DNA from: Eledone cirrhosa
Lineage: Eukaryota
Length of the DNA: 64,000 nucleotides
NCBI GenBank assembly: GCA_964016885.1
Contig: OZ024743.1
Location: 301,568,001 to 301,632,000, forward strand
Direction of reading: 5' to 3'
Shown here: positions 28,794 through 41,211 of the stretch, piece by piece
Layout of the letters: each line of letters opens with the position of its first letter
Position numbering within the stretch: the stretch's first letter is position 1
Program-made: the position numbers and the translations under genes
The notes under the pieces: model-generated
Databases searched by the model: none
Told to the model about the DNA's origin: nothing
The model's input: the letters and a program-made list of their open reading frames with translations, nothing else

Positions 28794-28870
28794 CGAAGGA
28801 AATGGGGTAAGGAACCCGATGGACTATAACGCACCAGAGTACTCAATACTTAGAGTAGTAGAATGGGTAA

Positions 28871-28991
28871 TAGGAAAAAGTATGAACCCGAAGGCAGAGC
28901 TCAAGCAGTTTCGACGGCTATTTCTAGACTTAAATAGTTCAGAAATAGTCGTCGAAACGGCTTGAGCTCTGCCGTCGGAATCATAATTTTT

Positions 28992-28995
<4 letters not shown>
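28871..28995. repeat. Short foldback hairpin between (TA)n tracts
   Basis: GGCAGAGCTCAAGCAGTTTCGACGGCTATTTCT / AGAAATAGTCGTCGAAACGGCTTGAGCTCTGCC. Confidence 0.85.
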
Positions 28996-29052
<57 letters not shown>

Positions 29053-29651
29053 CATCTCTTAACACATGGATATATATATCCATCGGACGATTATAAATAT
29101 TATGACATACGTTAATATACAACCATGTGTTTGCATTACATATATAAAATGGGGTGAGTAGCAGTATAGTGCCATACCAATATTCCATAATAACAGCGTA
29201 TTTGATTGTGTGTCCAATGGAGTTAAGGGGTTAGAAGTCCCGTATTTTCCAACTTTGTAACTTACATTAAAATGTATTGTACTCTTTAGCTTACGTGATA
29301 TATTTTTTACCAACAAAATCTTTCTTTGAGAAAAGTCCATTTTCGCAATTACAGGAAACAATGAAAATGGCTTGAGAATAAATGTAACTAAAATAAAATT
29401 AAGTGTAATATTAGCTAAATGGATCGGAATAATGGAAATCTACTTAGAAGTTATCTAAATGGATTTGAATATTGTATCTACAACCTAAATTTCATTCTCG
29501 AATCATTTCTTTTATATGTCCCAAAATGCCTATGGCTGATTTCGGAACATTACTTGTTAAAATGTTTTGCAGACTAATTTCTGTTTCGTAGATATTATAC
29601 GAATATAAATACACGCAAATGCGCTAGTGTACGTGAAAATTTGCACATATG

Positions 29652-29682
<31 letters not shown>

Positions 29683-29769
29683 GCAGAGGTTATATTTAAT
29701 TTGTTGGGATTAAATAAGCTTAAAAAAATGTTATAACTGATATAAAGCACTCAACAAATTAGTGGAGTA

Positions 29770-30000
29770 AATATACAATATATTTATAAATGGAAACTAT
29801 ATTTATAAAATCATAATTGTTTTATTGTATATATTTCAAGGGCGCCCAAGGTAAATTATGGTGCGCTTTCATCAGATATTTTATCTGTATTTTATCTGAC
29901 GAAAGCGCACCATAATTTACCTTGGTCGCCCTCGAAATATATATAATAAAATAATTATGGTTTTATAAATATAGTTTTCATTTATTAATATATTGTATAT
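29770..30000. repeat. Foldback element with a hammerhead motif in each arm
   Basis: Arms are reverse complements. Plus arm: TTTTAT-CTGACGA(29896)...GAAA-TATATA-TA-ATAAAA. Minus arm has CTGATGA. Confidence 0.82.
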
Positions 30001-30112
30001 AAATATATATATATATAAATTTAGTATATGTTGGTTGTTTACCGAAACCTGAGTATGCATATTGAAGCACTCGACGAGGTGCATAGGTTGGTTTGGTTAC
30101 TCCGGAGTAATG

Positions 30113-30424
30113 TAAAATAAAATAATTAAGTCAAATATTTAAAATTTGACTTTGTTTATTAAAGGTGTACTGCTATATATATTTTGGTGACAGCCATCTT
30201 TGGCTGTGACCTCTTCAGGCAGTCCGAATTAGTGTGGTAGGGACGGGTACATTTCGGAGTATTGACGGAGTTAAACACTTCAACAACTTGTGTACCCGTT
30301 ACTACCGCACCAATTCGGACTGCTTGAAGAGGTAACAGCCATGGATGTCACCGAAATATATATAGCAGTACACCTTTAATAAACGAAGTCACATTTTAAA
30401 TATTTGTCTTAATTATTTTATTCT
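30113..30424. repeat. Foldback element with a hammerhead motif in each arm
   Basis: Arms ~30113-30252 and ~30290-30424: ACTGC-(C/T)TGAAGA-GGT.ACAGCC...GTCACC-GAAA-TATATA-TA-GCAGT. Other copies at 32675-32735 and 53420-53540. Confidence 0.85.
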
Positions 30425-31129
30425 ATATATATATATTTAAAAGAATAGAGGTGTAACACACGAGTTATGATATATTGGTAAAAGGAAAAGTAAATGCTGA
30501 CAAATTGTTCCCAGTGCAAAATAGTTTAATTAGGAATAAGAAAAAAATAGTAATAGTATTGGTTAGTATTCAGTTTTTGTTTTAAGTTTTAACGGTTGCG
30601 CAATTCTAATGCTTTTCAAAAATAATGTTGAGATAGAGCGCCCGTGATGTTTGCTCTAATCTGATTAGTTTTGGAAATTCTACCTCTTTTATCTAAAAAA
30701 AAGTGGCTCCATATGTATGAAAACATTCTTATGGTCAAAACAAATTTGATTGGTCGGTAGAGGTCATGTGAATGCTAAAAATTGATTTTGCGCCAAATGT
30801 AGGTTTGACTCGGCTGATTGAGAAGTCACTGAAAAATAAGTATTTCACGACAAATATATGTGTGTGTGTGTGTGTGTAGTCGTAGTAGTAGTAGTACATA
30901 CGTAAATACACATGTTCTATGGTGCAACACAGATATACACAAATGTGCATACCTTTTGATGTCTATAGATATAAACGTGCCGACACACACACATATATAT
31001 ACGCACACATGTATTGCACACTGATGGGAACATACATATTTGTACACAAGTATTCCAATACGGCAAGGCCTAATCGATTCCCCCTAGTTTTTTTAATTTA
31101 GTTAACCTATAATTATTACTTTACTACAC

Positions 31130-31720
31130 AGGACTTCATAATTTTATTTCCCTATTACAGCTCGCTTTTCCTAAAATTAATACCTAAAAGTATACATTAA
31201 TTTAATTTCCTTTTATGAATCTAGATTCGTTGTAGTTTATATAAGATTGGTATTTCTCACTACTACCCTTATCCCAAAATTTACTTTCCTTCGTTTTTAA
31301 TAGCACTCTTTAATAACATGTAATTCTTATTTATCACATTCATATGGATTAATATAAATTTATCCCTATAAGTATACCTATCAATTAAATTAATTTCTTG
31401 TTATAGATATAGATTCCTTGTGGTTTAAATAAGATTGGTATTTCTCACTAATATCCTTACCCTAAACTTTTCCTTCGTTTTTAACATTATTCTTTAATAA
31501 CATCAAATCGACTATACTTCACTGGCTTGACCTAAAATATTATTTTCATTGAAAGTATTATTTTCATTCAAAACATAAGTCTACACTCCTCTACCCCTAA
31601 ATTAAATTTCTACTACCACTATTCTATAAACTTGACCTCTAACTACTTTTCTATTGGTCAATTCAAAAGCTGTTCCCAAACAGACCTTTTATATTAAATC
31701 TTTGTTGGTTTTTTTCACTA
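31130..31720. repeat. Unclassified AT-rich repeat with ~190 bp internal tandem duplication
   Basis: AGATTC.TTGT.GTTTA.ATAAGATTGGTATTTCTCACTA occurs at ~31223 and ~31411. 31640-31720 is the reverse complement of ~56950-57020 and 57180-57255. Confidence 0.6.
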
Positions 31721-32357
31721 AACATATCTCCACATTTCTGAAGACAGCATGTATATGTGAAGTGTGAAGGTATGTATATTTCCTCTGAAAATGTGTAATA
31801 TTTTTACATAGATCTATATGACATACATAGCAACACACATAGACACGATCGTAAAATAATGATTTTTTTAAATATAATGAACTTGTACTTTGTTTGTATT
31901 TCATTATTTCTATTAATTTATATATATATATATATATAACAATATGTAGTAAGAAACACAGTAAACCGTGTGTCTAAAATTACAAGGGTTGAAAAACCAC
32001 ATATGCTTGAAATATTTAACCAAGTAACAGACAGGATGACAAAATGAAAATAAAAATATATTATCATAATACAAACCGCCTCAATAACCATTATATATCT
32101 CGGACAGATTATCCCTAATCTGTTTCGCCCGGCTCAGTATTTATTTGTACTTTATACTTAGAGCTTAATGGTTACAGGGTTCTAATTCATATATATATTT
32201 CGGCTCTCTTACAGGATGAGCTATTAAGTTGTGCGTGTTGGACTGTTATTTCTGTTCAATACGCGCTTACCACGTTTGACTGGCGGCGCACGAGGTGATA
32301 AATTCATCTTTCTGTGTGAACGTTGGCAAATAGTGTTTGTGACATTTAATTGCAATT

Positions 32358-32433
32358 TCTCGCTGATGAAGCCCAGGATTATCTGTTACAAACACACTCA
32401 GGGCGAAACAGATTAGGGATAATCTGTCCGAGA
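32358..32433 (+). ncRNA. Complete type I hammerhead ribozyme (GUC site)
   Basis: TCTCG-CTGATGA-A-GCCC...GGGC-GAA-ACAGATTA-GGGA-TAATCTGT-C-CGAGA: 5 bp stem I, 4 bp stem II, 8 bp stem III. Confidence 0.88.
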
Positions 32434-32732
32434 GATATAATGCTTATTGAGGCGGTTTGTATTATGATAATATATTTTTATTTTCATTTTGTCATCCTGT
32501 CTGTTTCTTGGTTAAATATTTCAAGCATATGTGGTTTTTCAACCCTTGTAATTTTAGACACACAGTTTACTGTGTTTCTTACTATATATTGTTAATCGGC
32601 TCAGTATTTATTTGTACTTTATACTTAGAGCTTAATGGTTACAGGGTCCAAATTCATATATATATATATATATAGAATAAAATAATTAAGTCAAATATTT
32701 ACAATTTGGCTTCGTTCATTAAAGGTGTACTG

Positions 32733-32779
<47 letters not shown>

Positions 32780-32807
32780 TTTATATATATATATATAATT
32801 ATATTTA

Positions 32808-32856
32808 AGGGCGGTGCCCCAGCATGGCCTCGGCCGGATGGCTGAAACAGCTAAAG
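32808..32856 (+). mobile_element. SINE 3' tail fragment
   Basis: AGGGCGGTGCCCCAGCATGGCC...CTGAAACA resembles a SINE tail I recall from octopus sequence; inserted in (TA)n. Confidence 0.5.
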
Positions 32857-32879
32857 GTGTATATATATATATGTGTGTA

Positions 32880-32966
<87 letters not shown>

Positions 32967-33060
32967 CGGCTCTCTTACAGGATGAGCTACTAATTTTCAT
33001 AGAAAAAGCATATAACGATATGTGCTTTTACAATTCTCCAGAAAGGCCGGTAGATAGGTA

Positions 33061-33105
33061 AATATTGCTGATGAGTTGTAACAACAACGAAACTAGTTCA
33101 ATATT
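33061..33105 (+). ncRNA. Type I hammerhead ribozyme (tandem copy 1)
   Basis: AATATTG-CTGATGA-GTTGT-AACA-ACAAC-GAAA-CTAG-TT-CAATATT. Confidence 0.88.
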
Positions 33106-33529
33106 CCTTGTCTGGCTTTCTGTAGAATAGGGGGAAGGTGTTCCCCCGAAAAACCAGTATGACTCTAAAAACCGGTTTGTCTGTGTGTTTACATACAGAA
33201 TAGCTGGGCCGCTCACTGTAAAGCGACCAGTGAAAGACTTGGTACACCTACATATGTATACGTGTGTGTATTCATATACACACTAGTATTTCAGTATGCA
33301 TATGTAGATGTACATTTTTTAACTTAATTGTTTAAGCGTCAGTCATACAAAAGTGAGTTACAAACGAAGCGAAATTTAATTTCGTTTCGTTATTTGTTTT
33401 TATCGTCTCCGCTGAACCGGTGCGTACTCACACTCTATGCAAATTAGTCTGCCCACTACTAATTTTCATAGAAAAAGCATATAACGATATGTGCTTTTAC
33501 AATTCTCCAGAAAGGCCGGTAGATAGGTA

Positions 33530-33574
33530 AATATTGCTGATGAGTTGTAACAACAACGAAACTAGTTCAATATT
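33530..33574 (+). ncRNA. Type I hammerhead ribozyme (tandem copy 2)
   Basis: Identical to 33061-33105. Confidence 0.88.
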
Positions 33575-33911
33575 CCTTGTCTGGCTTTATGGAGAATAGG
33601 GGGAAGGTGTTCCCCCGAAAAACCAGTATGACTCTAAAAACCGGTTTGTCTGTGTGTTTACATACAGAATAGCTGGGCCGCTCACTGTAAAGCGACCAGT
33701 GAAAGACTTGGTACACCTACATATGTATACGTGTGTGTATTCATATACACACTAGTATTTCAGTATGCATATGTAGATGTACATTTTTTAACTTAATTGT
33801 TTAAGCGTCAGTCATACAAAGGTGAGTTACAAACGAAACGAAATTTAATTTCGTTTCGTTATTTGTTTTTATATATATATAAATATTTATATATATATAT
33901 ATGTTTGTATC

Positions 33912-34064
<153 letters not shown>

Positions 34065-34111
34065 GTATGTATATATATATATATATGTCTATATATATAT
34101 ATACAGAGAGA

Positions 34112-35125
34112 TAGCTAACTCCTGAAGAATCCGAAGCTCTAGATATCCCATATTATGGGATGTCTTAAAATGCGCACGAAATCATGGTAGAGTTAATTAA
34201 ATATGTCCACATTTCTTCTAGTTTATTTTACACCTAATTATGTTTAGTTGACTGTACATATGGTCGATTTATACATGGTGTCGAAATATTCGATAAATAC
34301 TCAGTCGGAACCGCCCCGAAGGGGCTGCTTTCGGTTATTTGTCGGATATTTCCTCATAGGAGCCTTTATTATTATAGCTTGGTCTAATTTATTCTTTATA
34401 TTGTTAATTATGCTAATTGGGAGAGGAAACGGTATATATTTTATCTGGTGATTCTATATACATATTTTATGATATATAGCTCTGATTATTTAATTTATTA
34501 ATTCTTCATTGAGCCACAACGTGGCCCGTTGCAAAACATATATATCTATGACTTTATGTATATATATATATATGTAAACCTTTATATGTAATAATATGCC
34601 GTTAGGTTGAGATACAATTTGGCTGCATTAGGCTGCGCTTTCCAGTAAAAAGCCTACCAGCCGTAAGCAACTAATCACATCCTTTCTAACTTGACCGCTG
34701 CCACGTCACGATTCTTAGCCATTTTTGAATGTATCCTTGGCGCGATCACTTTGCAAAATTAATTGTCTAATTTGTAGCTACCTCCTGAAGAATCCAAAGC
34801 TCTAGATATCCCATGTAATCGGATGTCTTGAAATGCGGACAAAACCATGGTAGAGGTAATTAAATATGTACACATTTCTTCTAGTTTATTTTACACCTAT
34901 TTCTGTTTAGTTGACTGTATATCTGGTCGATTTATACATGGTGCCGAAATATTCGATAAATAGTCCGTCGTAGGGCTGCTTTCGGTTATTTGTCGGAGAT
35001 TTCTTCATAGGAGCCTTTATTCTTATAGCTTGGTCTAATTGATTTTTTATATGGTTAATTATACTAATTGGGAGTGCAAACGGTATATATTTTATCTGGT
35101 GATTCTATAGACATATTTTATGATA
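34112..35125 (+). mobile_element. Tandem ~663 nt repeat with two hammerhead motifs
   Basis: 34112-34475 is repeated at 34775-35125. CTGAAGA at 34122 and 34785, with a (T/C)CATGG stem III and GUA site. Confidence 0.8.
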
Positions 35126-35143
35126 TATATATATATATATATA

Positions 35144-35620
35144 TGTTAAAATTGAGATCTGACCAATATAACATTTGTTGTTTTGTAACCTAACTTTCGG
35201 GGCATGGTATGTTGGTATATATATTTCATCTCTGACCTCGCGTCGGTGTTTGTGAGCCTGTGTGTTCTCACTCACACTAATTGTGACCGACCGAAATTCT
35301 ACAGATTTGATGTTGAGTTGAGACCTGTCCAGCGTCTTTTACAGCTATAGAGAGATAGACTTGATAGATTTATAACCCTGATGAAGACGATAGCAGTTGG
35401 CGTGTTTTGGCTGCTGATTCTTCATATGGGGAACATAACTCTAGTGAGTGAACATCGTTAGTTTTTCCTCCTTCATATCAACATTTGAAGACAATCCATT
35501 GTTCGCCTGATGAGATCAGTGATAATCGAACATGACCACATGATCGAGCTACCATTTAATTAAACATGTGTCGTGATTCAAATCACTGGAAATTTATAAC
35601 ATCCCTTCGGATCTTTATTT

Positions 35621-35625
<5 letters not shown>
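35144..35625 (+). repeat. Left arm of a long-range inverted repeat (partner 38190-38655), degenerate hammerhead-like CTGATGA at ~35508
   Basis: Reverse-complement match over ~480 bp. Confidence 0.85.
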
Positions 35626-35652
<27 letters not shown>

Positions 35653-35657
<5 letters not shown>

Positions 35658-36312
35658 AGATTTGAATGGATACAGTTTAGTTGAAAGGAATTTATTGACA
35701 CGTGTTTCTATAACAGTTACATAACCTAAAACAGCTATCTACAAACTTTTAGTTATGCAGACATTCAATATTTCAATGTTATTATTTACTGTCATTTCAT
35801 CAGAATAATATTACTGAGGACCTGTTTAGTTTTTATAGAGAATATTAGGAGGGAGGGGTGAAGTTGTTAGAAGAATAGTTGAAGGAGTGGTTTTTCGATA
35901 GCAGTGAGAATTCTTGGTGGCAGTGAGTAATTAGATTCCCATCTGTTGTTTTGACATTTTTTATAGAATATATTATTGGTTATTTTTCTAAATCTATAGA
36001 AGGATAAGAGATAGTAAAGATATGCGGAATCTAATTACTCACTGCCACCAAGAATTCTCACTGCTATCGAAAAACCACTCCTTCAACTATTCTTCTAACA
36101 ACTTCACCCCTCCCTCCTAATATTCTCTATAAAAACTAAACAGGTCCTCAGTAATATTATTCTGATGAAATGACAGTAAATAATAACATTGAAATATTGA
36201 ATGTCTGCATAACTAAAAGTTTGTAGATAGCTGTTTTAGGTTATGTAACTGTTATAGAAACACGTGTCAATAAATTCCTTTCAACTAAACTGTATCCATT
36301 CAAATCTTTCTA
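35653..36312. repeat. Near-perfect foldback (~285 bp arms) with an extended-stem-II hammerhead
   Basis: 35653-35939 is the reverse complement of 36026-36312. TTATT-CTGATGA(36162)-~88 nt stem II-GAAA-CACGTG-TC-AATAA. Confidence 0.9.
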
Positions 36313-36420
36313 TTTTTCTCCGGATTACTTTTGGAACTACAACTGGAACCGTCGAGCAAACTCTACGTGAGCTGATAATCTACTGTGTGTAATATTTATA
36401 TTACAACACAACGGAAAATA

Positions 36421-36492
<72 letters not shown>

Positions 36493-36517
36493 ATATATAT
36501 ATATATATATATATATA

Positions 36518-37260
36518 GGGCGGGCAAAATTCCGGAGATCCATGGACGAGTTCTCTTGAGCGGTCTCTGTCCCTCATTATCGCTGCCATGTCCTGCGTCT
36601 CCAACAGACCAGTGTATGTCCTTAGGGCATCAACATACGTTAACCTTGGGCTTCCTTCTCCAGTGTGTCCATGTAGGGGCTCCCACATGAGCACTGTGTG
36701 CAATGTCACCTCTGGATGTCGGTGAGCATGTCCAGCTAACCTCAGTTTCCTCTGTGTCACTTTTGAGCTGACTTTTGGGAGGCTCCCATACAGCTCTGAG
36801 TCTTTCATCCTCAGTGTATACTGATTAATGTTCAGAGCCATCCTTATCATTATCGTGTAGCACCCATCCACCAGCCTGAGATGGAGAAGAAGCTCATGGA
36901 CAACCAGAACGGCTTAAAAGAGGGAATATCAACCACAGTCACATCCTGATACTGAGGAGGATATTAGAGGGAGCTAGAGAAATGTGCCTTCCTGCGGTCA
37001 TGGTTTTCATTGACTTTAGGAAGTTCTTACAGGCTTAGTGAATCCTCAAGAAGATAGTGGACCTGATATCACTGCTCTACATCAACACCAAAGCCCAAGA
37101 CATTACACTTGAAGGGATGACAGAGTTCTTTGAGATACTGGCTGGAGTGCTCCCTAACCTTTTATCATCGTAGTGGACTACTGTATGCGCTTGCACTGGA
37201 GAAACACTAGGACTCTGGCTTTACAGTGGCACCGGCTCAGAGCAGGAGAGTTAAGGCGAA
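36518..37260 (-). mobile_element. Short 5'-inverted copy of the RTE LINE at 1-2380
   Basis: 36518-36872 is the reverse complement of ~2008-2362. 36875-37258 is a same-strand, internally deleted match to ~1148-1587. Confidence 0.9.
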
Positions 37261-38655
<1,395 letters not shown>

Positions 38656-39297
38656 GATGTAAATTAGAAACATTGGGTCAACCACAACCCTATACACACG
38701 CTGGTAAATTCCGTTCAATGTTTTGCTATACGTGTATCAATTGAATTGTAACATCCGTATCGTCTAAATAGTGTATGTTTTGGTATATACACATCCATGT
38801 GCAGAGCAAATTGTTTGCTCGTATCGAACTGCGTATATGCCATTGTCCCGTTGAGAATCTGAGTCCCCGAGTCTGTGCGTGCAAGCACCCGCCATGTACA
38901 ATTAAATGGTTAATAGATTGAGATTAAAGGATAATAAAATAAAATAAAATAAAATAAAAAAATAAAATAAATAGTAACAAATAATAAAAAAAAATCTCTA
39001 GAGTTTAAAGCAGCTGCTATGTTTTTAGCTGGTATTGCGGGACCGGCAATGTCTCTTTATAATCAGTTCCTGATTATTACTGGAATTCTATAAGAATCCA
39101 AGATTTATAATTTTCAACAGACAAAGCGAGTGCTAAGCTCTGATGATTACCAACAGTATGAAACATATCTGTCAGCTTATCTTGTTTGTTGAAAAAAGAA
39201 TTAAGTGACATAGTCACTACTTTAAATTAATAGCGCAATGTCTTCAAAATGCTTTTAATTAGGCATACAGTATATTGTGAAATATACTGTACATACA

Positions 39298-39355
<58 letters not shown>

Positions 39356-39367
<12 letters not shown>

Positions 39368-40172
39368 AAGAATCAAAGAACTGTTCAAAACATTATTGTG
39401 CTTACAGCTGTTTCCTCCAAACCGAGGTTTGGATTCTTCGGAGCAATTTATTAATGCATGGACAGTTATATGACCTCCTTTTCAGCCGAGTGACATACCA
39501 ATACATATTCAAACATTGATACATATTCAAACATTGTGGGTCAACATTCATTACAAAATTTAGAGTGGCAGTACACACTTCGAGATTACATTTATATTAA
39601 TAGGTACAATCAAAAATCAAAGATATAGGTTAAAGTACAACATGAAGATAAGTGGTTATATAGTGCAAATGTTATATGTGTGGCACGCATGTGCGTCTTG
39701 TTTATATAGTGTGGCAGAGAGATATGTGTGGTAGAGGCACTTAGGTAGGTAAATAAGAGTGTTAGGTTGGTTCTTATTTACCTACCTAAGTGCCTCTACC
39801 ACACATATCTCTCCGCCACACTATATAAACAAGACGCACATGCGTGCCACACATATAACATTTGCACTATATAACCACTTATCTTCATGTTGTACTTTAA
39901 CCTATATCTTTGATTTTTGATTGTACCTATTAATATAAATGTAATCTCGAAGTGTGTACTGCCACTCTAAATTTTGTAATGAATGTTGACCCACAATGTT
40001 CGAATATGTATCAATGTTTGAATATGTATTGGTATGTCTCTCGGCTGAAAAGGAGGTCATATAACTGTCCATGCATTAATAAATTGCTCCGAAGAATCCA
40101 AACCTCGGTTTGGAGGAAACAGCTGTAAGCACAATAATGTTTTGAACAGTTCTTTGATTCTTATATTTCATA
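39356..40172. repeat. Near-perfect foldback (~400 bp arms, ~13 nt loop) with U4C hammerheads
   Basis: Arms meet at AGGTAAATAAGA-gtgttaggttggt-TCTTATTTACCT. TGCT-CCGAAGA-ATCCAAACC-TC-GGTTTGGAG-GAAA-CAGCTG-TA-AGCA at 40085-40131, mirrored at 39399-39445. Diverged third copy at 40447-40495. Confidence 0.92.
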
Positions 40173-40332
40173 TAACTGCTCTGTAAATCATCTGATGTTT
40201 TTACATTGAGCTACTTAACTTACTGGTAATAAGGTAGTAATACATTACTGCCTACCACTATTTAGGGTGTGTGTAAAATACTTACAACTGCTTAAGGTTT
40301 TGTGTCTACATAACCATAAATAGTATAACTAA

Positions 40333-40410
<78 letters not shown>

Positions 40411-40528
40411 TTAAGGAGGTCAAGTATGTAAAAAATCACTAAATAATTGCTCCGAAGAAACCAAACCTCGGTTTGGAGGAAACAATCGTAAGCAAATAAA
40501 TGATTTAAATTGAAGTTTGATTCATGTA

Positions 40529-40664
<136 letters not shown>

Positions 40665-40689
40665 ATATATATATATATATACGTATATG

Positions 40690-41114
40690 TATATAATAAA
40701 GAAGAAATTAAAAGATAGTTAAAAGAGTACCATATATTTTATTATGCATATTTCGAATACAATATCATCCTGGGACAAACATTGTGTTCTCCTCAGATAA
40801 AATAAGGTAACATGATAAGAGGCATAATAGCACGTGTTTACAGTAAAGTGGTAATTCTACATATCAGTAGACTTAGCACTTTCCTGTAAACAAGTGCTAT
40901 TAAGCCGCTTACCAGGTTACATTATTTTATTTGATGAGAACACAATTTCTGTCCCAGGATGATTTTGTATTCGAAATGCGCATAATAAAATATATGGAAC
41001 TCTTTTAGCCATCATTTATTTTATTCTTCATTATATATACTCCACTTCTACCAACTGTTGAGTGCTACTTATCTGACATATGCATAGTTCTATTGTTCTA
41101 CAATATTACTCACC

Positions 41115-41120
<6 letters not shown>
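40690..41120. repeat. Diverged foldback with hammerhead motifs at 40737-40802 (-) and 40925-40990 (+)
   Basis: Reverse complement TTTTAT-CTGAGGA-GAACACAAT...ATTGTATTC-GAAA-TATGCA-TA-ATAAAA. The plus arm has TTGATGA. Homologous to 20880-21105. Confidence 0.8.

Positions 41121-41207
<87 letters not shown>

Positions 41208-41211
<4 letters not shown>

Larger units (their letters stand above)
31935..32990 (+). mobile_element. Hammerhead-bearing non-autonomous element: inverted arm plus ~467 nt permuted unit
   Basis: 31935-32130 is the reverse complement of 32401-32590. 32130-32225 is repeated at 32597-32990, where it is interrupted by (TA)n and insertions. Confidence 0.8.
32986..33870 (+). mobile_element. 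Tandem ~469 nt repeat, each unit with a hammerhead (retrozyme-like)
   Basis: Near-identical direct repeats; CTGATGA at 33068 and 33537. Confidence 0.88.
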
